Shown in pieces: positions 38,001 to 47,100 of a stretch of DNA of 64,000 nucleotides (position 1 is the first letter of the stretch; each line of letters starts with the position of its first letter). The DNA comes from Octopus bimaculoides (Eukaryota), in NCBI RefSeq assembly GCF_001194135.2, contig NC_068991.1, positions 6,454,616-6,518,615 on the forward strand, read 5' to 3'. The translations under genes and the position numbers were made by a program. Below the pieces are notes generated by a model. That model saw nothing but the letters and a program-made list of their open reading frames with translations, ran no database searches and was not told the DNA's origin.

Positions 38001-39199
38001 AAGCCTTTCTGCACAAGTATTTGCTGGACAATTATTGTAGCACAGTTGTCACATTTTCCTTCTGCTATTGAGTGCTTATACTTACACCCCATTCACATGT
38101 CTGCACTTTCTTTTGCAGGATGTGGTAGGACAGTTCCTAATCCTACTGGTCGACAGATGGTTGATGGTGTTGAAGTCCCAATGGGCAAAGGTGTTCCATC
38201 AGATATCAACAACTCTAGTCTTTTGTACAATGAGTATCCTTCATCTAATCGTTCAAAGTTTTTCTTAATATTGTTTTTTGTTAACCTATCATCATCGACC
38301 TCGTTATTCAACATCTGTTTTCCATGCTGGTATGGGTTGGACGGTTTGACAGGAGCTGGCCAGCCAGAGGACTATGCTAAGCTCTGTTGTCTGCTTCAGC
38401 ATATTTTCTGTGGCTGGATGCCCTGCCTAACATTACCCACTTTACAGAGTGTACTCATTGCTTTTTTCGTGACACCGCTATAGTTTGCATGTGTGTTCTT
38501 ATCTATTCCCTTTCTGCACATCAAGCATAACCATTTCCCAGATGTTAGTAGAGTTCTCTTTTCTGTCATAGCCTCATAAAGAAGGTATCAGGGCTTTCTT
38601 TGTCTCGACACACACCTAAACATCTCATTGAATCTAATTCTTTTTCTTATTGACTCTTTTATAATTCTCTTTGTCACTTTTATAATTCTCTTTGTCACTT
38701 TTATAATTTTCTCTCTCTCTTCTTTCTCTGTCACACACACGATGCACATGGGGCTTAAGTATTTAATTGGTTATATATAATACATGTTTTTAACTCATGG
38801 GGTAACATGTATTATATATTCTGTAAGAGTACACATGTACATGTAAGCAAAGACGTTTTTGTAAATGACTATTTGATGGTATTATAAGACACACTTTCTT
38901 TTCAAAAATTACCCTGGATCTCATATGCCAAGTTGGGCCTCCCATGAGCATTAATGCTCTAAAACCGTTTTCCTTTGAATATGTGCCGTTGAAATTAAGA
39001 TGTGTCTAAAATACCCACGTGTCTTTTATGCCATCAGATACAGTATATATTTTTATCTCTGCTTTCCATTGTAACTGTTAGTATTTTAACAATTTTTATG
39101 CTATTTCACCTTAACCACATCACTAGATATATTGTGTATGATACTGCTCAAGTGAAAATCAAATATTTGCTTAGATTGAGGTTTAACTACAGATGGTGA
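12165..39199 (+). CDS. PARP1: Poly(ADP-ribose) polymerase 1, spliced CDS (~990 aa), part of one exon lost in an assembly gap
   Basis: Exons: 12165-12284, 18031-18051, 19198-19321, 20447-20577, 21533-21669, 22498-22578, 23113-23194, 23686-23802, 24994-25076, 25423-25542, 26277-26375, 27215-27363, 28193-28338, 28543-28603, 28734-28811, 29638-29770, 30275-30473, 31618-31743, 32844-32927, 34072-34194, 34509-(34587, into gap), 35753-35851, 36370-36522, 36622-36749, 37937-37998, 38119-38233, 39127-39199. All visible junctions are GT-AG and phase-consistent. Motifs: [30 protein letters not shown] (ZnF1), [19 protein letters not shown] (ZnF2), CPEC..YRC..TKC (ZnF3), [14 protein letters not shown] (BRCT), FRSWGRVGT (WGR), [17 protein letters not shown] (helical domain), [30 protein letters not shown] (catalytic). 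Confidence 0.98.
14016..14345. repeat. 30-32-bp minisatellite, ~10-11 copies, PARP1 intron 1
   Basis: Consensus CTCTGGTTACTAAAATTAGGATTTCGTCAGAC. The variant CTGGTAACTAAAGCTAGTATTTCGT recurs at 14096 and 14222. Confidence 0.9.
14568..15166. repeat. 77-bp inverted repeat pair enclosing microsatellites
   Basis: 14568-14644 is the reverse complement of 15090-15166 with 2 mismatches. Confidence 0.9.
15776..16050 (-). mobile_element. SINE family C, young copy
   Basis: CATCATCATC..TTAACGTCCGCTTTCCATGCTAGCATGGGTTGGACG..GATGCCCTTCCTAACGCCAACCAC. Confidence 0.85.
16297..16679 (-). mobile_element. tRNA-head SINE family A, near full length
   Basis: Minus strand reads GGCTGTG..GTAAG..GGGTTCAGTCCCACTGCGTG (A/B-box-like), CCTTGGGCAAGTGTCTT, a TA/TG microsatellite, and a GGCAGTACTCCAGCATGGCCGCAGTC tail. 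Confidence 0.85.
17311..17514. mobile_element. piggyBac-type MITE, TTAA target duplication
   Basis: TTAA|CTCTTTTG...CAAAAGAG|TTAA; related copy near 41850-42050. Confidence 0.7.
17771..17999 (+). mobile_element. SINE family A, partial, ending ~30 nt before the PARP1 21-nt exon
   Basis: TGGTAAGAAGCTTGCTT..GGGTTCAGTCCCACTGCATGACACCTTGGGCAAGTGTCTTC; inverted relative to the 16297-16679 copy. Confidence 0.8.
18091..18299 (+). mobile_element. tRNA-head SINE family B (Deu/Nin-domain-like core)
   Basis: GGCGAGTTGGCAGAA..GGGTTCAAATTC..TTTGCCTTTCATC..GGGGTCAATAAATTAAGTACCAG. Further copies near 6040, 19925(-), 21785(-), 23310(-), 33270, 36105, 48050 and 54130-54560(-). The domain name is from memory. 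Confidence 0.8.
19748..19900. repeat. 27-bp tandem repeat, ~5 copies (family C SINE internal unit)
   Basis: GTG(C/T)CACCTAAAAAAGCACTTGTGCTG units start at 19748, 19775, 19802, 19829 and 19856. Confidence 0.85.
20640..21120 (-). mobile_element. RTE LINE 3' end fragment in PARP1 intron 4
   Basis: [38 protein letters not shown] resembles the C-terminus of RTE-1/BovB-type elements. Similar pieces lie at ~31755-31990(-) and ~50590-51110(-). Confidence 0.65.
22636..22715 (+). mobile_element. hAT/Charlie-type terminal fragment
   Basis: CAGAGCTACTCAAAGTGGTGGTCCACGGACCGG..CGGTCCG resembles Charlie/MER5-type ends. Confidence 0.5.
24288..24775. mobile_element. Tc1-type MITE interrupted by a family C SINE (24391-24751)
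   Basis: Left end TA|CAGTTGTGGCCAAAAGTTTGGAAC and internal sequence match the 8637 MITE. A degenerate right end GTTCCAAACTTTTTGCC follows the SINE. Confidence 0.75.
25576..25720 (-). mobile_element. SINE family C, truncated young copy
   Basis: Nearly identical to 42838-42978. Confidence 0.85.
25965..26065. repeat. Long (CA)n microsatellite within a family A SINE
   Basis: More than 35 CA units. Other microsatellites: (TA)n 917-957, (TG)n 1612-1632 and 7398-7423, (TA)n on both sides of the 10620 gap. Confidence 0.95.
31072..31530. repeat. 66-bp tandem array, 7 units, inside a family C SINE in PARP1 intron 17
   Basis: Units start at 31072, 31136, 31202, 31268, 31334, 31400 and 31466; the central units are identical or differ by 1 nt. 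Confidence 0.95.
34588..34867. other. Assembly gap cutting PARP1 coding exon 21
   Basis: N run begins immediately after ...KGGDDGN. Confidence 1.
38234..39126 (+). other. U12-type (minor spliceosome) GT-AG intron, last intron of PARP1
   Basis: 5' site GTATCCTTC at 38234; branch motif CCTTAAC at 39109-39115; no polypyrimidine tract; AG at 39125-39126. Confidence 0.9.
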
Positions 39200-39294
39200 A
39201 TGTGCCTTTACAGTGATGAAACCGAAAGAGAGAGACTGAATGAAAGCTACAGAACTGACACCTTTTATCTACTTTGTTTTAATCTGTGATTTCT

Positions 39295-39300
39295 AATAAA
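39295..39300 (+). terminator. Candidate PARP1 polyadenylation signal AATAAA
   Basis: AATAAA about 95 nt after the stop codon; a second copy is at 39585-39590. Use is unverified. Confidence 0.4.
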
Positions 39301-39772
39301 AAAAACAACCCCTTTTTCTCTGCCTTTGATGACACAGCTGTCTAGCACCGTTGACATAAACTGCTTTCTCATTTGTTCTTACTCCATGATGGCAACTATT
39401 ATGTTAAATCTCATTTGTGTTTCACATACTACATAAAACACTATTTTATACAGGATTTTACTAAATTTTTTATCTGATTTTTAGTTAGTATTTTCCTATT
39501 TGTTGAATTTTTTCCCCACCTCTCCAAACATGTGACTTATTTACTCTTATTGTTAAAAACTACAGTGATAGTGAAAATTTATCCAATAAATAATCAACTA
39601 TTTTCTAATTTCAAAGTAACTATTAGTTTATGTTCACCTTTCTGATTCATTCTTCTATTTCATATTGTTGATCATAAAATATATTAACTCATGGATGTGG
39701 TAGAAATAAATTCATATTTTCCACCACTTTAAACACCTTTGTGATTTTAGATTAATTGCTGCTAATCTTTAA

Positions 39773-39993
39773 CCCTTTAGTATTAAGATTACTCTGTCAG
39801 ATTTAATGCCAGTTTATCCACGTTTTTTTTTTATTGATCCTACATTATCTCATGGTTTTGAGATTTCAATGATGTGATTGCTCATTTTTAGAATGACATT
39901 GTAAGGGACACATGAAAGTCCGAATCTGGCTGGTTTAAGCTTAAAACAGATGGAATATGTGGGCCAGGTATGGCCAGTTAAGATGCTAGAGGG
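39773..39993. mobile_element. piggyBac-type MITE, TTAA target duplication
   Basis: TTAA|CCCTTTAG...CTAGAGGG|TTAA; related copies near 5690, 23840 and 32490(-). Confidence 0.8.
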
Positions 39994-42837
39994 TTAAAAT
40001 TTTTCATTTTGTTCTAATAAATTTCTGAATAATCCTTCTTTGGAAGCATTACATCTATTTATAGACACAAAAAAATAAGTTCCTTTCAGTTGATTTTGTT
40101 TTAAATGTTATATCTCTCAACTCTTTATTTTTATTATTTTTGTTTTTAGCACATTCCAAATTAATCTAATACTCATTGCTAAGTTGAGAGTTAATAATTA
40201 TAAATGAAGTAATGAAATCATATTAAAGACAGTTTGTAAAATTAATGAAAACTTTGGACTGATATCATCCCAGGTGACATTCATTCTCTAATGAAATATT
40301 TGATCTTGATACTCTAATAAATGAATTGGAAAAGGATAAGGTTTATTTAACTTTCTCCGATGAGTAATTTTTCCCTTCATTTTTCATGGGGAGGAAAGGT
40401 ACTGTTGAGTTCTTTGTCCAGGTATAGGACAGTGTTATTAAAAAAATGAAGATTACTGTTAGGTCGAATGTCTTATTCAGAAGATCGTTATATTTCTTCA
40501 TAACTTTCATAGAATTCATTTTGATTTCTTTTTTCTTGTCTTCAAAATATTCCTTAAAATGTTTCCTTTTGTGGATAATTCCTTGACATAACTTGGTTAC
40601 ATTTCTACCAAGATATCACCAGCCCCCAAAAATCATTTACTTTAAAAATGTGCTTATTTTAAAAAGTAGTCAAGTGATTTTTTTTTTTCTATTCCAACTG
40701 TGCCTCATTGTTGTAAATTTATCCAACTTTCTAATATTGTTTAAAACCCATTTATATTCAGGTTTTCCTTGATTAATTCTTCCTCTCTCATTTCATTTTC
40801 ATTTGACCATTTTCTTCTATGCAAGTTGTTTTTATTTTTTTACATTTTTACTTGAAAGTATTAGAGATGAATTTTCTTGTTAATACTGCTAAAAGCTTTC
40901 TTGTTGGCCATTCTGTGATTATGTTTATTTTTGACATCATATCACTTAATCCCTTATGTTCACCTTTTTATATTTTATAATCATATGAAACATCAGGAAA
41001 TTGTTGTATAATGTGTATTCTCATAGTTAAACAAATAACATAACCATTTATTCATGACTTTACTCGACTTCTGCTATTGCACGTAGTTGACAAGAATTTA
41101 TGCTACCAGCACTGAATTTTTCAGGCTGCTGCTAGCTGTCAAAATGCTGCTGCACACCTCTGCAGTGGTCACCACAACTTGTGAAAGGAAAGTCGTTTTT
41201 GAAAAATAATTTTATATCATGCATGGGTTGTATGAAATTGATAATAAAGAATTTCTGTTGTAATAAAAAAAAAATTGTTTATTATATTTTTTATTTTTTT
41301 AAACTTTTTTTTGGCATAATTATAAATTTTTTGCTGGAAACATATTACTTAGAGAAGTAACCACAAAGTTTTAACATTTATTGTGCAACCAAGCATACAA
41401 CTATGGAAATACATTTCTTCAAATACCATTGCATACTACTGTATAGGACACTATTAATGTTACTTGGGTACATAACCATTTACCAGTAGAATCTGGTGCA
41501 ATATCATGTAATATTGGTTTTATTTATTTTTTTAAACTTGTTTCAGTCATTAGTAAGATAGGGATCAAAAGAGTCGACCTAAGTAAGATAGGGATCAAAA
41601 GGGTCCGTAGGGAAAAAATGGTTGAGAACCACTGTTCTAATGCAAGAAAATTTTTCCAAAAATATTGTTTATAAACTACTTGTAATTTAATTATGTAAAT
41701 CAGCAAGCTAATTAAAACTTTGTCGATGACTACACAGCAGTTTTGTGAATTTTTAAAAAATCTCTTCTGTGGTCGCACAATTTTGTGAGATCTTTATACC
41801 AAGAAATTATTTCAATACATATGTTGTAAAATAACACGATTATTCCTTTAACCCTTTTGTTACCATACTTCTGTTGAAATACACTGGTCTTTGTTTGACT
41901 TAATTTTGAAAATACTGAATAATTTAGTTGAAATAACTGTCATTATTAAGCTGGTGTTTGAAACATAAATTTTGATGGAAGTTTTTAATTTGAGTCACAA
42001 GAAGTTTATAGCAAAAGACCATGGGCAATCTCAAGCAAAGGCTTAAAAACTGAATGATTAATATTGTGTAATGGCTGATTAATAATGTTGAACTGGGTAA
42101 TAATGTCTAATAATTGATATATAAAATTTTTGTCAACAGATTTCTTATTGAAAACTTCTCAATGATTAGTTAATTCTGACATCCTCACCTATTTCTTTTT
42201 TATATCTTGAGCTATTTGTTAATATGATTTTATATACACAAGAAAAACAGTTTAACATTAAACTAAAAAATCACTCAGTATTTTTTAAAGAATACATGTT
42301 TATTAAATTTTTACCAGCAGAGGTGTGACAATGACTTCAAACTTTCAATCTTCTAGCCTTCATCATATGTGTCTATATATATGATCCAGTTCTATGAACC
42401 TGATGAATTATGTTTGTTTTGCAAGCCTTTGAAACTCTAAGTTGCATGGACCTGAATCAGACTGTTGTTAAATAATATATGTAATCCTACTAAACATGTT
42501 GAGTGCCACTTGTTTTTTTGTTTGTCCACTTATATACTATCATCATCATTGTTTAATTTCTAACTTCCATGCTGGCATGGGTTGGATGGTTTGACAGGAG
42601 CTGTACAGGGAGAAGACTGGACCAGACTTCTGTGTCTGTTTTGACATGGTTTTTATAGCTGGATGCCCTTTTTATATTATGGAAACTGAGCAGCTGGTCC
42701 CACAGCAGGGTCCAGAAGTTGATATTTAATTTTACCCTTTTAGCACAAATTACTTTATCATCTTAGGTATACTATTCCACTTCAGCTGTACACATAAGAA
42801 CTGAAATATTGGCTACCAAATTGGATGGTTTTGAAAT

Positions 42838-43535
42838 CATCATCATCATCGTTTAACGTCCGCTTTCCATGCTAGCATGGGTTGGACGACTTGACTGAGG
42901 ACTGGTGAAACCGGATGGCAACACCAGGCTCCAATCTAAATTTGGCAGAGTTTCTACAGCTGGATGCCCTTCCTAACGCCAACCACTCAGAGAGTGTAGT
43001 AGGTGCTTTTACGTGTCACATGCACGAAGGCCAGTCAGGCGATACTGGCAACGGCCACGCTCGAAATGGTGTCTTTTATGTGCCACCCGCACAAGCCAGT
43101 CCAGGGGCACTGGCAACGATCTCGCTCGAAAATCCTACGGGAGCCAGTCAGGCGGTACTGGCAACGGCCAATTTATCTAGGTACATGCGTGGCTGTGTGG
43201 TAAGAAGTTTGCTTCTCAGCCGCATGGTTCTAGGTTCAGTTCTACTGTGTAGCACCTTGAGCAAGTGTCTTCTATAGCGTTGGACCAACCAAAGCCTTGT
43301 GAATAGATTTGGTAGAAGGAAACTGAAAGAAGCCTGTCATATGTCTTTGTCCTCTGCCGCTTGACAAACTGTGTTGGTGTGTTTATGTCCCTGTAACTTA
43401 GTGGTTCAACAAAAGAGACCAACAGAGCAAGCACCAGGCTTTTAAAAAAAGTAAGCCCTGGGGTTGATTTATTTGACTAAAATTTTTTCAAGGCAATGCT
43501 CCAGCATGGCTACAGTCTAATGACAAACAAGTACA
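42838..43535. mobile_element. Adjacent SINEs: family C (-, 42838-43170) and family A (+, 43191-43535)
   Basis: Diagnostic family C tail and family A head sequences as above. Confidence 0.8.
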
Positions 43536-44132
43536 AAATGAAGGAGACCTTAGTATTTATTTATGAAAAATTAAAATAAAAAGTTTTAAAAAACATTTAA
43601 TATGAAAAAAAAAGGGTGGTTGATCAAGCAGACCTATGATTAGGCATTCTTGCCATGACCATCCAGTCTTTGCTGTAGATTGGGAGTCCTTCTCTAGTTT
43701 TAGATAGTAGAATATGATTTGAGGGAATTCTGCTGCTATTTCTTGCAAGTCGAGCGACTACGTAAGATACTCCCTCATTGGCTCGATTAGTTGAAGGTTG
43801 TGTTGAGACTCGGGTCAACACCGATCGAGATGTATAGTCAAAAATGCCCCAACTATAGACATCCTGTCTTATTTTCAAGCATAGTCTACAAAGGAATACG
43901 TTATATAAAGTACCATTAGTTTTAAGGTGGCAGTGTATGACTTTAGGGAAATTTTGCTGCTATTTCTAGCAGATCGAGCACAACATCGTTGAGGTTAAAT
44001 TTATCTTCTGTAGAACATCTTCGGCAAGTATTTCCTCTCCATCCTCTCTCTCTCTTATAATAATGTTTGAGTCAGTTGTAGGTTGCATTGAGTATAAAGT
44101 GGAGTTATCTGCCGCTAGATGTCACCTCCTGC

Positions 44133-44144
44133 CAACATGGCGTC
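44133..44144 (+). promoter_or_regulatory. TISU/YY1-like element at the LIN52 start codon, within a CpG-enriched 5' region
   Basis: CAACATGGCGTC matches 11 of 12 positions of the SAASATGGCGGC consensus. Local CpG density is higher than in the flanks. Confidence 0.35.
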
Positions 44145-47100
44145 ACCAAGTGCGGGCAATTCGGATCTCGATGCTGGTAACAAATTACGTTTTTCTTATT
44201 TTAACTCAATAATTTATTAGTTTTCCCTTTTTACCATAATTTAATCCAGAAAAGAATAATAGAAAAACATTTAATTTGCGTTTATCAACTTCCAATCAGC
44301 AGCTAAACACAAGTTTTATCGACAGCATGGAAGTTGTCAGCTGTCTCGAATAAAAATACAAGAAATTAACAAAACATTTTTAGGACTTTCTCTTTTCCTG
44401 ATAGTTTTTTTCTGCTTCCCTCCTTAATATCTTTTAATTAATTTAATTAACTTTAGCCTACTTGTCTTGTTTAATAGCCTCTGGATGTATTTCGCCCAAC
44501 AATTTAGTTATAATGTTATGTGTTTATTCAAATGGAAGATTTCACGAACTCGTTCACTAATGTTTCCTCGATCAGTGACATTTTTAGCAATCTATATTAT
44601 TCGATCTTTCTCTTTTTCTGTTTCCCTTCGTTGCATTATTTAAAGTTTACCTCAAACCCGACTGCCTTTATATAGCAGTTTATCCATTTAGTCAGAGGTT
44701 ATCGTGGAATGTAGAGACACTTATACATACACCTGTATTATAAAAGCCAAGCTACCGCGGATTTCAACTCGATGGAAGATTTGAGCTTGGAACTTCTAGC
44801 TAAAGAGACACTGTAATAATAATTACAGTGTTTCCACCACTCATAACCGGATGCTGTATCTTTCCACCGAACATATTTTCAACTATTTGGATTGCGCCAG
44901 TTTTGGAAAACGGTTCTGCTTGGAATCCCAATGTTCCACGAGATACCAACTCGACCTCTCGGTCAGCAAGCGGTCGCTTTGTTCACTCTTCCATTTCTGA
45001 TTCAGCTAAAATAAACATGTTTTAAAATCTCCGTTTGGTTTTGATTCCGTCCTGGATTTTATATACAGCAGTTTTATACACAAGCTTGCTTATAACTACT
45101 CTCATAAACTTTACTCGGTATTTTGTATGTTTTTTTTTAATGCTTTTATTACTAGTTTTAAAGAAATCCAAAGTAAAACTTTTTTTTCTTAGACGTCAGC
45201 TATAGTTTCTAATACCAATGACGCAGTTATCAACTTGTCCTTTCTTCTGACACGTCTGCTGCAATATAGAATCGAACTAATTTTCTTTTCTATTAAAAGC
45301 AGTTGTTTCTCTTTTGATTATTATTACTTAACCCAAATGACATATCTTTTTTTTTTTTCGAAACCATGTTACTGAATAACAGCTACCAACATTTGTCTTT
45401 CTCTCATGCACATAAAAATATTTTCATCACTTTTAACAAGAATTGAGTCTTTAACCCTTTGCCTGTTCAAAACATTTTTATAAGTTTGTCCGAAACGTCA
45501 GTACTTGTTTTTAGACTTTGTGTTAGCCATTGTTTCATATGTTCTAAGCAATATAAAACTTTCCTTTCATAAGCCCCAAGTTGCTCTCGTGGGTGAAACA
45601 GATTGGGAATGTGTATCATATAAAACGCATGGATACTAGGGAAATATGTCCTGTTAATCAAATGTGATGCACAGGGACAGACAAATTGATACACTATGTT
45701 GCCATTCTAAATCCTCTGTTCTGGCTGCAAGAGTTCTGTCTTCATTGAACGAGCAACTGGTGTACCATGTTTGACTAAACCCACCTCTTCTCTTGGCTTC
45801 CAGATCCTTTTATAAAACCTTTGCCTGTCTAATTCTTCTTTCTCAATATGTGCTCCCCACTCTCTCTCTCTCTCTCCTTTCACCTATGTGCCCTCCCTTC
45901 TCTCCTTTCATATATTCCTTGTGAGATATCAGTGTGAATATTAATTGTATTGCTTCCGCTTGTCTGCAAAAGACTGGAATAGCTATGGCATTACTCTACC
46001 TCCTCTTCCTCCTCCTAATTGAAAAAATAAATCATAAAAAGGCATGTGTCCATAACTTTTATATATCTAGGTAAGCCATCTGTTTCAATCTACTTTATAC
46101 ATTAGTCTTATTTCATTTTAAAATAATGTTTGTCACTTTTGAACATATCTCAAGATTATTAAAATACTAGCTGACCTCGTGCCATCAAAAATGACTGCTA
46201 ATTGTAGTATTTTATGTGTAAATATGGATGGTAAATCAAATTAATGCACTTGTCACTGTTATCTAGTGGTTTTCTTTTGAGATGTGACATCAATCATCGT
46301 TTGTTACTGAAAGAACGATAGTTCAAACATTTACATACCTCCCTTGTTCACACATACACACATATACTCACACAGAGTTGAAACGCTGCTTGACTTTTCT
46401 TTTCAGCGTTGAACGCTCACCATCCCGCTTCCATTGCACACACATACACACACACAAACATTCACATATCTTCCTTTTACATACACACACACATATACTC
46501 ACTCAGAGTTGAAACGCTCCCACTACCAGTTTACCATCATTCCTTCCTTCCTTATTCATCCATCACCCCTTCCTTTCTCATTCATATGTTGTGACAGAGA
46601 AAAATGCAAGAGTATTATTATAGTAGATATTAGAAAGTGAACAATGTTTTGTTTAACAGACTGTGAGCAGACATTGATGAGTTATGAAAAATTGGACAGA
46701 TCATCTCCTGACTTATGGCCTGAACAAAGTAAGTATGTTTATGTTTGTGTGTCTATAAACAAAGTATTTTACTTTGTTTGAACTATTTGGGGATTAAGAT
46801 ATCATATTGATTTTATCAAGAGTGTGTTGATACATTGTTCTCTTAGTTCTGTAAAATATTTCGTTGTTGTCCCATATATGTTATTAATCACGTGACTAGT
46901 CTGAATTATTTGCTGTCATCATAACCAGCTTGTGATGACAATATTTGTTATCTTTAGTGAAAACTTTGCCTTGTTGATAAAGCTGTGTAACAATTCCTGC
47001 CTGTTGTTGTGTCCAGAAGTTTCACTCAATTCTTCTTCTTGAATACACTGACAGCACTACAGTAGTAGCTCACTAAAGATGTTTAACCATCAGTCTTGCT

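Noticed and set aside
38068-38314. Alternative-frame and antisense ORFs over PARP1 exon 26
   Set aside because: Shadows of the real exon.
40200-40900. Purine-rich minus-strand stretch resembling a decayed transposase
   Set aside because: Too degenerate to assign a family or boundaries by eye.
43600-44136. Search for a divergent gene sharing the LIN52 promoter (human has ALDH6A1 there)
   Set aside because: No ALDH-like exon found between PARP1 and LIN52; the region is SINE fragments.
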